From contig MU008167.1 in assembly GCA_010909165.1 (NCBI GenBank), positions 806,001 through 870,000 of the forward strand: DNA of 64,000 nt, written 5' to 3'. Under the pieces are notes generated by a model. The model did not search any database, had not been told where the DNA came from, and saw only the letters and a program-made list of their open reading frames with translations. Within the stretch, counting starts at the first letter, position 1; every line of letters starts with the position of its first letter. Shown here in pieces: positions 10,932-27,049 of this stretch. This stretch comes from Anthoceros angustus (taxonomy: Eukaryota > Plantae > Anthocerotophyta). Both the position numbers and the translations under genes were made by a program.

Positions 10932-12952
10932 ATGAGCAGGATGATGATGGGCGATGTGGTGATGGTCACGATCGCTGTTGTGCTGGTAGCGAGTGCCAGT
11001 TTGGTGAATGCTCAGCTGTGCGCCTGGCAGACGTCCACGCAGAACAAGAGATATGATTTCGATATTGCCACTTCGGTGACCAATTATCCGCATGGGGTCC
11101 GAAGTGAGGATGGGTAAGACCTTTGACTGTGCTTCTGAGCTCGGGGAGTGCCGGCTTGTAACTGGAGCCTGGGTGGACTGATAGAAGTGCATCGATGCTT
11201 CTGTGGCTTGGAAAGCTGGCGATTGCAGTAAAGCCGACCTAGAAGTGTTACTTACTGCCGAGGTTTTAGGTTTTACAAGGTCATCCAAAAAGATGCCGAC
11301 ACAGGCTACGAGTCCACCTTCTGGTTCCAGGTTGGGAATGCTACTTCACACTCTTTGTACTGTGGGAAGGGAATGTTAGTTGTGGGGGAAGCTATCCTGC
11401 TGACCATGGTTTTTGTATGGTTATTTTTGTTCAGATATGTGAGCACATGAAGTTCAACCATGACCCACCAGTATGCGAGAATTGTCAAGTGAGTACCGTC
11501 TTCACGCCTGGCTCTCTGTTTTTTACTGACCATCGCTGCTAGAAATATGGCTAAGTAGTCTCATATAACAGACTTGGCTCGTTTGCAGTCATGTGGCGGG
11601 CCAGATCATTGTGGTGAAACATGTAGTGCGCTTCACGCAGTTCACTATCCAGGTGTTCTGAGAGCCCTGCTGATCTCGTTTTAAGTCTTTATAATGCATC
11701 TATTCAATGTCAGTTCAAGGTACATCTTCGTGAAAACTGTCTGGGACTTGGCAATCATGCCGCAGGGTACTCTATCTGCACAACTCTCGGCTATGCATCA
11801 AGCACAGTTTTTACACTTTTGGGTACACTGGACTGTCTTATGTGAAGTTGAGTAGTAAAGTAGCTGTGCTTAAAATGTGGTGTACCAACTGTTGTACTTG
11901 TTTGCGCAGATTCTCAGAATCCTGAAGAAGGTCTAGTTGCTAATATGTCAGCACGTGCAAATGGGATTTCCTGTTCTTTGTCGGTGTCCATACTTTGTTC
12001 TAAATCAGGTGCAGAGGTGTGTTCAGAATTTCCACCCTTTCCCCAATCAACTACTGTTTCCAAGAGTTTTGCATGGTGGTTCACTTCCGTAGGGATCCCT
12101 TTTCTTGTGTCATTCCTACATGCTGTCTCTCCATGCAAACCATCATTTGCTCAGCTGTTTTGCAGCCTCCTAAAGCGGTTGCCAAGGGTGGAAACGGGGA
12201 CTGTCAATTTGTAAGCATTAGCGGTCACGGCTATGTGTATTTCGCTCTCTTCTTTTGATTTGAGATCCAAAACATGCAAAAGACATTGCACTGGACGCAG
12301 AAGCATGCCCTCAGCGAGGACGTGGTTGATGTTGGTGCAGATAACAAGTATCAAACATCCTGGCGGGTGCCCAGTTGTGACTTCCCTTAAAGGTGGAGGG
12401 ATGGGCTGGTTCGGTATGCTTCTCATCATGTAAGCTCCGCCTTCAGAACATTTCCTTTGGATGGCCTCCTCTAAGCAAATCACTCCTTGGAGTTCTGACT
12501 ATTTGTATATGGTGCAGATTTCTCTGTCTTTTCATAGTGTACCTTGCCGTTGGCATTGCTTACCGCATGACAGTTTTGGGAGTAAGTGGCCTGGAGGTAT
12601 GCTGTGTGGCCAAGACCTGCCATGTACCAAGTTGTTTCGTTTTCAAAACCTGCCATTGCATCGACCGCCATTTCATCGGTGATTGCTTGTTGTTGCAGGC
12701 TATTCCCAACCTGGACTTCTGGAAATCCTTGCCATCAAAGATCCAGGTATAGCATAACATCTTTCCTATTCAATCCGAGCTGAAATTAGATTAGTGATCC
12801 AACGGTTTCTGCCTGAAGTGTGGCTCGCCGTTGATATGACCACGTTTGTTCTTGCTTACGACGTGCAGGAGGGTTTGCAGGTCACCATGGCCCAGTTTTC
12901 TGCATGCTACAATCGCTTCACTGGCCACTCGTACACCAGGGTTATCGATTAG
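10932..12952 (+). CDS. ATG27/mannose-6-phosphate-receptor-like type I membrane protein
   Basis: Signal peptide, Cys-rich luminal exons (ICEHMKFNHDPPVCENC, SCGGPDHCGETCSAL, CSLSVSILC), TM segment FLCLFIVYLAVGIAYR, then IPNLDFWKSLP. Last exon 12869-12952 ends ...YTRVID*. Confidence 0.75.
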
Positions 12953-13729
12953 AAGTTACTCACGACACTTTTTTGTACTTGTGCACCGCAAACTTAATAC
13001 ATAAGCGCCATTTTATGAACGACCGTGCATCGCTGTGCTCGGAGACTTCAGCCGATGCCCGATACCCGCCTGATGTTGTTGTGTGACAATGCATACCTTT
13101 GGCAACTGCTCGCACAACACATTCATAGCTCACTCCAAATTCGGCACTGCTGATCGGGGAACTTCATGCCCGACCTAATTGCACTCTGTACACATTGGCC
13201 TGTTATGAAGAAAAGCATTCCTCATCAAGTGCAAAGGCAAAGCTTAACTCAAACCCCAATCAAACCTCTGACAGAGGTTCTGGGACGCCGCAAAATCTTG
13301 TCCTCGCCCACGACAGAGCAGCAGAGGACCTCAATGCTGACTATCGGGCGGACTAGTAGAACGACATTATTCTCAAAATACAAGTCTCTCCAATCACTAC
13401 GGAGTGATAACTGTTTAAGCACAGATGGAAGCAGTCAGCACCTGCCTCTGCTTCCCCAACCCCGAAACTCTCATACCGTACCTTCTCTCAGTATGGGCCT
13501 TCCAGCATCTCAAGTCTCAACTTACCAGCCAGTTAATGTGCGCTGACTGACCCTTGGGGCAGATTTTGCACATTGCTTTTGCCTCTGGAGGCAGCATTGT
13601 AAGGAACAAGCAAAGCACAGGAAACATGCAGCGCAGGCAGCCACCGCTTCCTGCTTCCTGGCAGGCACCCAGGAAGGGGGCCACCCATGCACAGGGCTTG
13701 CCTGTTGAAAACATAAAGAGCTCCCCTTC

Positions 13730-16290
<2,561 letters not shown>

Positions 16291-18675
16291 TCCCGCTGCT
16301 CCCCTCCCGCTCCCGAGAACATAAAGTCCGCGGCAGCTCCACGCCCCAATTCCCAGCAGCAGAATGCTGCTGCCGCTGTTCCTGCTCCTCCTCCTGCTGC
16401 TGGCTGCAGTAATCCGAAAACCCACCACCAGGATCACCGCCCACAACCGCAGATCAGGAACCCACAACCCGAATCTGCAGCCTCCCCTCCCAGCACCCGA
16501 CACTCGATCTCACCGCCCTTACCGCCTCTGGCGCTGCAGCAGCAGCATCCCCAGTCTCAGAAATACTCAGCCGGCGCATGCAAGCTTGCAGATCCGTCTG
16601 GCTGGCGAGGCAGGCACACAGTCTTGCCTGCAGAGCAAGCACAACGCAGAAGAAGGCGAACCGGGTGGTGAACAGATAGCCCGCAAGAAGGACGGGGGTC
16701 AACACGGTTTTCCGAGCAGTCGAAGCACACACGCGGACCGGGGGCGGGGGGACTGGGGGGAGCCTCGATCTGCACCGCCGACCGGAGACCGGCTGGCGGT
16801 ACACGGGTGACCGGATACTCTGGTAGCACAAGTTGCGCCTCCGAGTCCGCAGGTTGTGCCTGCAGCCAGCGCCGGCCGAGGGTTTCTGACATCGTGCCGG
16901 ATTTGTCGCCTACTTCATGTTCTGTTTGCGTCATGGCCCGGGGTCCGGGGCTCGGGGCGGCCGTGCGGCCCGAACCGGGGCTGGCGGAAGGTGCTGCGTT
17001 GCTTCTCCCTGTAGTGCCCGCGCCAGTGGAGACGCGCTTTCCTTGCTGGTGGATATCATCCTCTACGTGGGGTGTCCTGTAGAATATTGTACACGGGACT
17101 GGCTTAGGACACGAGTACCTGCCGGGCAATCCCTGTACACGGAGACGGCGAGAGGTTGGAGGGATACATATAGGGACGGAAATTATTTTTATTACTTAGA
17201 AAACCTGATGGGAGAGCCCATCTAACGGAGGACAAACGTGGAGACCCCGAGGTTGAGGTAAAAGGAAGCGACGATCTACACACAACGGAGAAAGAGTGAT
17301 GCATCACGTCCTGTCACCCCTTTATGGAGGATTGCTAGTTGTGAGAGCCCGCCGTTGTTAGAGCCCGCCGCTGTCAGAGCCCGTCAAAGGGCAATAGAAA
17401 CAGGTTGCCTCAAGACGGCCGTGAAGTAGGAAAGGGACAAGGTTCCTGAGGTAGGCTTTGGTGCAAGACTTGATAAATTTATGGACGTCTTTAACGAATA
17501 CTCCATACGTTTATAGGGTGGGCGAATGAAGAGGTGGACTACTTGCAGCCCGCCGGGTATATCCTGACCTTCAAAGTCGCTGCTCTAGCAGCATGCCCAG
17601 CCTGGACGGTTAGCGATGCGCTGGGCAAAGATGGTATCATGTGCAGGGCCAGTGACCACCACATCCGCCATTGAGACTTCGTCACCGTAGACGAGATACA
17701 AGTCGGCCCTTAGCGAGCGACTTGTACGGAGAGTCTACCACCACTCTCTTGTCATGTTGTGTGTCAGTAATCTCTGCACTTGGGTTTAGTGTTTGATTAG
17801 CATTAACCAACCCAATAACTTATCTTTAAGTAAGTAATTAATATTAATTAATCTAAATCACTTATGTTAATTAAACATTGATTAGTGTTAATTAAACATG
17901 GTTTGTAATAGCTAAGTGGATAAGCACAAGTAATATGCTTTAGCACATTCCTCGCATATTATAGGATTCTTAGGATATTTCCAGCATATGCTGATGCCAA
18001 TAGGATATCTTAGGAATATGCCGATGCCAAGGGCTAGTAGATTTAGACCCTTTCACAGAGAACAAGCTCAGATTATAGCTTGTCCTCTAGATATGCAGTA
18101 CAAGAATGTTGTGAGGAGGCCAATGTTATGACTCCGAGAGTGATGTGTGAGGAATTTGCATGTTGTTCTCGTTCTCGTGGGGAGAGTGTGTTTGTGCCAT
18201 GATGTGCGTGCGAGCTACTCTCTCCTAGTGTTATTGGTTTGCACCGATACTTGTATATTAGATTTGTTTTGCTTGGTTGTTTGTTGAGGAAGTGCTTATA
18301 TGAATGCAAGTGCTTACCTCGTACGACATACCGAACCTCTTCTCCATCTACCTTTGCTCTTGTTACTTTAACTATTGTATTTTCCCATCGTAATTATTTG
18401 TAATACATCTACAATTACCTCTACATATTATATGCCATATAGTTGTGCCGTATATTTTATACTCTACATATATATGTGAGACCATTATTTTTGTCATGCA
18501 TATTTTTTTGAAATCACAAATCCATTATCCAAAATTACAAGCCCCTAGGACCATCATGTTACTAATCCATTGGCGCAAGCGCCTTACGAGCCAGGCAATT
18601 CAATGTGTGTTTGTCAATGTGCACTATGGCGTGGTGGTGCATGGACCATCTTCGAGCTCTACGTCTAGATTCCAA

Positions 18676-18980
18676 TTCTCTAAAAGTCACATCACACTAG
18701 AGTTGCACAATTCAGTTGAAAATTTAAGGTAGAAAATCACAGCATAGAATTAGTCTTGGCCTCACCTTGCTATACATGTATATGAGATCTCGCCATGCTA
18801 CCATCGCCTTCTCTAAAGTCACATCACATTGCAATTACGCATCAGCTGAATATTTGAGATAGGAAATCACAATATGGAATGAGTCTTGGCCTCACCGTGC
18901 AACTGCTTGCAGCTGTAAATGTACACGAGATCCCGCCATGCTACCATCACCTCCTCTAAAGTCACATCATACTGCAGTTA
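18676..18980. repeat. Imperfect ~140-bp tandem repeat, about 2.3 copies
   Basis: Recurring blocks CTCTAAAGTCACATCA, GTCTTGGCCTCACC and CGCCATGCTACCATC. Confidence 0.7.
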
Positions 18981-19348
18981 GAGTAGACCGGGATCGAATA
19001 TTCATTGCTAGTATAGGCCGAGATCAAACCCTAAACTTCGTAGTTCTAAGAAATATGCCTTTGATCAACACATTATTTTAGTTAGAGAATTAAGAGTCCT
19101 GGCTTCATTTGTAAGAAAACCCTGGATGCATTATAATTTGCCTATGTCCTGGTTCGTGGATGCGGGGCTCACTCTACGTCCTGAGGACAGATTCAAATTT
19201 CTCCCCTTCCAAAAGCTTCCTCTTCATTTTCCCATCCGTGGCTGCAAATTTAAATAAAGGGGCAATCGCACTGTGCATAGAGAAGAGGGGGAGGAGGAGG
19301 GGAAGAGGGAAGGAGGAAAAGGGGGAGAGGCAGAGGCAGAGGCATCGA

Positions 19349-19380
19349 AGGAGGAGGAGGAGGAGGAGGAGGAAGAGGAG
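19349..19380. repeat. (GGA)n microsatellite in a purine-rich tract
   Basis: Directly visible GAG/GGA run. Confidence 0.85.
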
Positions 19381-19799
19381 CTAGAGGGGGAGAGGGAAAG
19401 TGTGTAGCGCAATCCCTGCTGGATGTCTGCAGAACTGAAGCGTGGTAGTTGTCCAATGTCTCACGGATTTTCTGCAAAGCCTTGGGTGGCTGGTTCAAGG
19501 CCGAGGAGGTGGAGAGGAAGAGGGAAAGGAAGAGGGATGGATGATCTCGAGGACAAGATGAGGAGGGCGAGAGGGAAGGATGAGGAGAAGGAAAGCGGAA
19601 GGACAGGAAGGAACATGGTAATATTTGAAGGGGCTGAATATACATTAGGTGGCTTCATAGGCCAATATACCCTGAACAGGGTTTGTGATGGGTATCAAAT
19701 CGGTTTTATGCTACATAGATAGCACCAAAAAATTATGGTGTACAACATGTGGATAATATGATCCATGGATGACAATTGGGAGAAGAATTGTCTGCACGC

Positions 19800-21200
19800 C
19801 AACACAATACATGATTCTAAGGGAATGGAGACCTATGTCGTAACAAAGTGCATAGAAGCAGAACGTTTGAAGATGTGGGCTATAGTAATTGCGGCTTATT
19901 TATGTACATCGTCACGTCCTTGCCAACCCATGAACTATAATGCATGCACTTTCAGAAAAGGGAATCCATCCGATGAACACTTCGCAAAATGCAGGATACC
20001 GTATTCTAAGTCGGGTGAGGGTAAGAACGCCGGCATGCCGGCGCCCTTTTTTATGCCAGAGGACAGATTCAAACACATTCCCCCGCATGCCGGTGCCAAT
20101 AACTTATTCTTTGTGATACGGGAGATCCTAAATTCACTCACAATCTGATACTACGCTCGCGTCTTCCCATTGGACATTATAGGAGACAACACCATCCAAT
20201 AGATCTCACTTATCTTGCACCAACTAATAGAGTAACCTCCTCACTCTTCGCCTGACTCTAAACCTTCTTCCTTGATCATGGCTACTTCATCACCATCATC
20301 CTCGCTATCGATAGCTGCATCTAGGGTGGAGGGTACGATGTGAACCCAGAACGCCCTGTTGTGAGTGTCGCCCTCACAAGACGTTACAATGAACATACCT
20401 TTTTTAATCTCCATGATGTCACCATTTATCCTTTCCACTTCCTATTCACGTCGTTCAACGTTCTGATATGCTCCCAGGTACATGTCCCGTTGTGATACAT
20501 CCCGCAATAATGCTTTGTCCAGGAGAGCTTCCTCCGAAACCTGCAAGGGAGGCACATCTGCTTCTACCACTGCCCTATCGTACCACTTCCACGGGTTTTT
20601 CAAAACAAGCCCGATGTTATGGTCCACAATCGTTGCGATCTCCTCTTGATCCTTCCAGAAATCATCCCACCACTCCTCCTCAACAGCATTCACATAGGTT
20701 GGTAACTTCAGCATCCCTTTCTTCAAGTGATCTACGCCTTCACGTACACTCAAGCCTCCTCCACTCCTTTCTTGTCCTTCGCCTGCAATGCCATTAAGGA
20801 AGTCGGGCCGATGATGCTGTTAGGCACATACGACAAGAACTCCATGCCATCTTCAATTTCCCACAACGGAGAAGTCGAGTATTATTTACTACGAATGAGC
20901 GTTATCTTTCCCCGTCCCACTTTCTCTTCCTGGGTAATTTTGAACTGGTGTTAGAACGAAAGGTCTTTCAACTTCCGCACTGCAGCTTTGTACTTCCGAC
21001 CTCCTTCTCCTATCTCGCATACTACACAAATGAACGGAAATCGCAACTCCGCCACCACCTTCACTTGGGTTCGGTATGTTCTCAAAATGTCCTGCAGAGT
21101 TGGTAGGTGTGGAGTGTGGATCTGTGTCCAGGGACACCGTGAGGTCCACATTCGCCCTCAATGTCGCTAGTAGGCTTAGGATTCGCTCCCAAGGGAATGG
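19800..21200 (-). mobile_element. 3' part of a degenerate DUF7869/Sola-like DDE DNA transposase gene
   Basis: Fragmented ORFs (GRKYKAAVRK, PWKWY, EIKKGMFIVTSCEGDTHNRAFWV) lie on the same strand and in the expected order after the catalytic core at 25.0-25.5 kb. Boundaries approximate. Confidence 0.45.
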
Positions 21201-21249
21201 TTTGTGCCAAGAGACGCTAACTTCTATCGCCATCGACCTTCACCTAAGT

Positions 21250-24200
21250 CAAGACTTACTTGCTATTACTCCTCTTACCTATCTACTCAACCACTACCTC
21301 CCGACTTGTCTAACTACCACAGCCTCTTATTCCACGACCGCAAATCTTATTCCAGCATGTGGCTCACACCACTACCGGGTAGTTGCTTGACCAGGTGGGT
21401 CCCACCAAACCCTAGCGACTTATTTCCAAGACGGCGCCAGGATCTCGCCACGCGGCCCACTCACTGCGGATCGGCTTTATTCTGTGACTCCACACTTCAT
21501 GCACACACACACCGATTCCTAGGGACCTAAATTCCACAAACCCCTCACCGCCACACACACACAAAGGCGCCACACTCACTTTTACAAGGGAACGCTGTTC
21601 CCCTTGTGCACTTCCACCACAAAGACCGGTTTGGATTCTTTTGGATTCACACAAATCTCCACCGCTAGTCTCAATTAGTTCCCTTCTCAACTCCTCTCAC
21701 ACCTCGTGATCGCGCAGGTTTAGTCACTCCTTCACCCAATCTCCCTCTCTCTCTCTCTCTCCTCAATTCACCTGTGCTTCCAACCATCCACTCAACACTT
21801 CTCTCTCAATTTGAACACAACTAGTGTGGACAAGTGTGAAGGAAAGAAGAACCCCCAAGGCCACAGAGGCAGAGCAAGCTCCGGACCCGCCCCGCCAATC
21901 CCTTGGTTTCCTCCTCCTTTGTCGCAAGATTGCTTTATCACCCCTCCTCCCCGCGGAGCAAGCTCTCGACCACCCCTAGGAGCCTCGCGACACCACCTCC
22001 TCAAACGGACGTCTCCAACCAGCCACAGGCGTGGGGATCTCAACCAGAGTTATCTCGTGAGGGACCTAATTCGCCCCTCTTATACATCGGCCGGGCACCA
22101 TGCCCGGATTTTAGGTCCTAAGATGGCTATCACGGGACGCGCCCACAATTCGGGCGATCCTAGGTCCAGCAAGACCCTAACCAAATTATCTTTAGGTTGC
22201 TACCACCTCACCCCACGCTTATCTCGCCCTACCTCGACTTGGCTGCCTGCCCACATCCTCCATTGCTGCCGCCACGAGCTCTCCGCCACGCCTGGTCGGA
22301 CAGTTCTCCCACACTACTTCCACCTCACCGCCACCGCTGGACGTCCGAATTTGAGGTGTACCGCCTGGGCTTCCGATCTTCCGGCCGGCCGAGGATTACA
22401 CTGCCTCGTCCACCCAAGCTGGACCTCCTCCTCGCTCAACTCCTCCAAAGTCGCCTCCGCATAATAGGGAGCCAACCCCACACCCGGCGCAGGTAGAAGT
22501 ATGCACTGGGTCCTCACTTGCGTGAGGTAGGCCCCGATCCCTCCTATTTCCACACGCACATGGGCGGTGAGGTTAAGCACGCTGCTTCCATTCACATATA
22601 GACCAGAACATAAGTTTCCTCATCCATGTGCCGTAATATAATAGGACCCCTCGCACCGAGGTGCTTACCCCTCCTCCCGTAGGCTACACACGTTGCCCGG
22701 CCTATGTCCTCGCGAGGCGCCACGCCGCACCGCCGCCCGCCCGCCTGCCTGGGTTGGTTGCGCCAATGTCGGTGGCGGTTTCGACTCATGTAGTGGACTC
22801 CACGACTGTGTTCGCTCAAAGAACCGGTAGGTGAGGTTTCGGCTACCTCGGTTCTTTGCTTCCTTCCGCCTAGAGTCCTTCCGCTACTCGATCGTGGTCC
22901 TGCTACCCCGCTTCCCTTCCCTTTGTCTTTTCTCGCCCGCCACGTGCCTCATCCGCCTCGCTATCGCCCGCTAGCTTATGGGCCTTTTCCACCGAGGCCG
23001 CCTCGCCTCCTGGCTCGCAACAACTCCGCATCTCCCGGTTCGCCCTGGCATCCTTAATTTGAGCCATGAGTGCTTCTCAGCCTCGTCATGGCTTGCAACT
23101 TCTCACAGGCCTGCACAAATCTTCTTGAATCTTGGCCCTTATTTCCTCTAGGTTCCGCTTGTCTTCCTCCGATTGCTTGCGCTTCTCCTTCTCAAACCCG
23201 GCCTTCACCACTTCCTCCGCCGCCCGCACACCGAGCCGTGAGAGCTAAAAGCCGCTTGATCCAACAAACTGCAGCCGGATCATCGGCGTGGTCGGCTCAC
23301 CGCAAGTCCACTTGTTGTGGCGGCCCCGCGCCATCCCTCCGTCGAGAACTTTCCTCCCCAGGTGCGCACCTCACCAATTCGGTTGCATCCACCTTGCTGG
23401 AGTCCCTTGAAAATCTCTTCCCATCTTTGAGGAGGGTCCGCTCGAGGTCACCCTAAACCCTCGGAGTTGATTCATCATCGCATCCAGCCAAGAAATTGTC
23501 CTCGGATCGCGCCTCTCTCACCAACCGCCGCTTGGCTTTCATTTTCAGAAGCGGCCTGCTGACTGGTGACGCGATCCGCCTTCACCTTTTCGCCGATGCC
23601 CGCCTTTCACCCCGGTCTTCCTCCTTTTCTTTGGTGGGAATTTCCTTCTCCTCCGAACCGCCTGCCGCCACCGACTCCCGGCTATCCGATTTTTCCTCCT
23701 TGGGCTCCTCCGCCCATTTCACCTCCCTAACCGGCTTCCACATGTGGAGGGAGGCTACAATCTCCACCGCATGCTTAGCGTAAACATAAAGATGGACGAA
23801 ATGGTGAGATTAGAGAGGCCGAGGGAGGAAATCAAGTTCAACCTCTCTTCACACAACTTGTCAAGAGAATTCGCCTCAATCGATCTTCGCCTTGACCACT
23901 TCATGAAGGAACGCAGCAAGTGGTCGGACAAATAATCACACTTCTTGTCTGCGAAACATAGGAGCCACCGCCGACTATCAATCGTTGCTACAATCCCTCG
24001 TCAACCACCCGTGAATACGCCCGCTTTAACTGGCCGCCGGCTTCTTTTCCGGACGGCTCCATCACCAACCGCCCGCCTCCTCCTTGCGCCCATACACCCT
24101 CTAACCAGCCTCCAGTCCCAATCCGGCTTCTAAATCTTTGTTGTCCTGTGACGCACACTCGCACTCCCAGTTCATGTAATTCCACCGCTCTTCCATGAAA

Positions 24201-24985
24201 CCCGGCTTGACTCCTTCACCAGCTCCCACTGAACTTTCCAATGATCCATGTTCGGCCATTGGGCAAGCACAATTCGGTGGTGACCTTGGCGCCATCCTCT
24301 CACGGCCTTCCCGGTCTCGCGCCACAAACCAACGCCACCTCGCTGCGAATTTCGGGGGTCGCCTGTGGTTCCTACCTCCTCAAGGAGCACTGTCGCGCCT
24401 TCCTCCTCCTCCTGGCCTCGCGATGTCACGGGGTTCGAGCTCCTTCCCGTCGTTGCGCCTCGCGCCTCCTGCGATCACGGTGCCCCGGACACGGCTCCTC
24501 GACTTCGGCGCTTGACCGTCGTCGCGCCTTCCTCCTTGGGCTCCTCCGCCGCCGTTGCGCTCCGTTGTTTGAACGGGATTCTGTCATTCCCTAGGGTTAA
24601 GTTTCCCAGGTTCCCCTACTCCTGTTCGACCTCTACGACCGCTTCCCCACATCCCAATCCACAACCCCACACTCATTCAGCTACCGCCGCGTCGGTCGAC
24701 CCCAGCTTATAGACCTATCACACTCTAATTATTCCAACCCCCTCCCCCTATCTCACATATATAGACTTTTCTAGGGAACATTCCGAGTCCATGGGCCAAG
24801 GAACACCAAATTCCCGGACCATTTATTTTCTAACTTAAAAAATCAAAACAAGAAAAGAATCCATAGGCCAAGGGCATTTCTTCTATAAATACCTGCCTAC
24901 TACCAACCCGACTTATTTTCCACCACATCCCAAAAACAAAAAAACACTTCGAGCCGTCCCAGCAGTTTCCAAGTCGGATCGTCTG
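21250..24985 (-). mobile_element. GC-rich retroelement-like insertion splitting the transposase (no intact domain)
   Basis: The transposase frame breaks after KEARTL at ~24990 and resumes near 21200. The insert has LTR-like noncoding DNA with TATAAGAGGGG, a (CT)n run at 21745-21761 and decayed ORFs. Ends not resolved. Confidence 0.45.
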
Positions 24986-27034
24986 AGGGTTCTAGCCTCT
25001 TTATGTTTCAGATGTTTGGAGAAGCAAGAAAACATTTGGTCGACTTGATCGTGTGTATGCCCAACAAGAAGGAAACCAACCTTCACCTTCTCAAACGTTC
25101 CTAGGTCGACGAGCATGTTGAGGTAAGTGACGAGCACCTAATTCTTGTTCTCCCTGCATGTTTTGTTCAGCTGCAAATATAAAACTTTAGGAAGCAACCC
25201 TTCATAAGTTAGGATCACATCCTGTATAATAGAGATCGTCAAATTTGCATCATTCCTCAAATTCGCGTAGTGGAGATACGCCCTCGCCTTGAATGTGTAA
25301 TTATGAATCATGCAACCCACTACATGCACTATAATCTTGTCCTCTTTTAAGTCCTTCGGCCACCTTAAGATATGGGGGAGCGAAGTTTTTTTCTGGTCCA
25401 TCCCATCGATACATAATAACACATATTTGTGGGGCTCCTTGTACCCTTTTGTGCGATGCTTGTGAAGCTTTTTCCGTTCATCCATCGAGGGCCGAATCGA
25501 TGCTTATCCGGTGGATCACGATATGCAATCAAAAAGTAAAATGTCGGGCGAGCACATGAGCCGGAACCCAAGAAAGCGGCCTTCAGAGGCATTCCGGAGA
25601 AGGCATTGAAAGGATTGCAAACATGCCATCGTCCCTATTCCAACTTTCCCAACGACCCATAATCGTGCATATTGCCAAGCTGACCATGTCGGCAACATTG
25701 GATTCTGGGTATCGGCAAGCCGGCACCATTGGAACCTAGGCGCTGTCGGGTCGGCAATAATAGTACATGGGCCCGGCATGCTGGCGCGCCTTGTAGCTGA
25801 GCGCCGTCATGCCCGCACCATGGTATTAGAGCTCCACTGGTACTTGGGCGCCGCCATGCCGCCAACACTAGTACCATGGGCGCCGCCATGCCGCCAACAC
25901 TAGTACCATGGGCGCCGCCATGCCGGCAACACTAGTACCATGGGCGCCGCCATCGGCAACACGTAGTACATGGGCGTCATCATAGGCAACACATGTACAT
26001 GGCGGCCGACATCTAGGCAACACCTGAAATAAAAGTCTTGTTATGCAATTTGGTACTGTACAGCGCGGCATCGCGATAACAAAGTGATACACGAGGCATG
26101 CAGTGCGGTGATACAGGCGGCCGGCATGCGGTAACAAAGCGATGCGATGGGCGCGGCATGCCGGTAAACACTAGTACTTAGCGCCCGGTATAACATATAC
26201 CTGGCAGTGCGTGGTGGCATCTGCGGCAACCGCGAGTTCTGGGCGCTAGCATGCTCGCTAACGTCTCACATGGTTCACCGGCTTGTGGGCATGTCCTGCT
26301 AGGTCCTAAACGTCGTAACACGGTGGTAGTTAGGCGGCATGCCAGCGCCCTAGCAGTACCTATGCGGTGGCGTGCATGCAACACACTGGAACCTGGGCGC
26401 CGGCATGCCGAGCCGTTGTATCAATGTTGCCCTGTATGACCATGCACAGGAAAAGGTAGGCACCACCATGCCGGCACCCACATTGTTGGGCAAGGTGAGG
26501 ACTCGGCCGTGACGGCTTTCAATGCTTCCCACGACTTTGCCACACTTACAGATTAATGTCGAAAAGACAATGGGCTTGGGAAGTCCTACCTTGGTCGGCG
26601 CGAGCGTCTGTGCTCCATATGTTAAACTTCAATCCTGCGCATAATGAACAAGTCGAAAACCTATTGGACTTGGGTATCTTCACCCGTTTGAATTCAAACG
26701 GGAGGTACATTTTAACCTCCGGCCCATATACGCCAACGTACGGCTCATATTCAATCATTAAAAAACAAAACAGGGCATCATACCACCTGCAAACCCCTAC
26801 CTAAACCTGTTGGCTATGTCCTTGGGCACATACGGCTCTAATGCTCTACGAATCAGGCGGTGCGGTCCTCGCTTGCAGCGTGTGTGTTGTAGCGACTTTC
26901 GGTGATGGCGGCCAGGCGCTGTCCGTGTCGTTGTAGGAAGGTCCGTTCCCAAAGGAATAGCGACTCGGTGCGCGTTTGAGCGATCCTCGTCTTACTTTAG
27001 TTCCACGCACATTTATCAGTTCATCTAACTGCAA
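24985..27034 (-). mobile_element. 5'/catalytic part of a DUF7869/Sola-like DDE transposase, with a probable intron ~26549-25527
   Basis: Motifs VKIPKSNRFSTCSLC, CIDGMDQKK, LYLQLNKTCRENKN and FLLVGHTHDQVDQMFS. Donor GTAAGT at 26549; stops and frameshifts present. Confidence 0.75.
25846..26025. repeat. 32-bp minisatellite (GGGCGCCGCCATGCCGCCAACACTAGTACCAT), about 6 copies decaying rightwards
   Basis: Three near-identical copies at 25846-25941, then degenerate ones; looser relics at ~25670-25845 and ~26150-26500. Confidence 0.9.
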
Positions 27035-27049
27035 AAATCACCGGGCCCG

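Noticed and set aside
16291-16503. 71-codon in-frame N-terminal extension of the CDPK with a hydrophobic stretch
   Set aside because: It begins at GTG, not ATG. The true start MGNC at 16290 gives a canonical acylation signal, and open frames are expected in a GC-rich 5' UTR.
16557-17129. 190-aa ORF upstream of the CDPK
   Set aside because: Pro/Ala/Ser-rich low complexity with no domain; more likely GC-rich promoter or 5' UTR.
25846-26025. Regular ~32-bp periodicity suggesting a CRISPR-like array
   Set aside because: Units are contiguous with no unique spacers, the context is eukaryotic, and no cas genes are present. The same applies to the 71-bp array at 61.1-61.5 kb.
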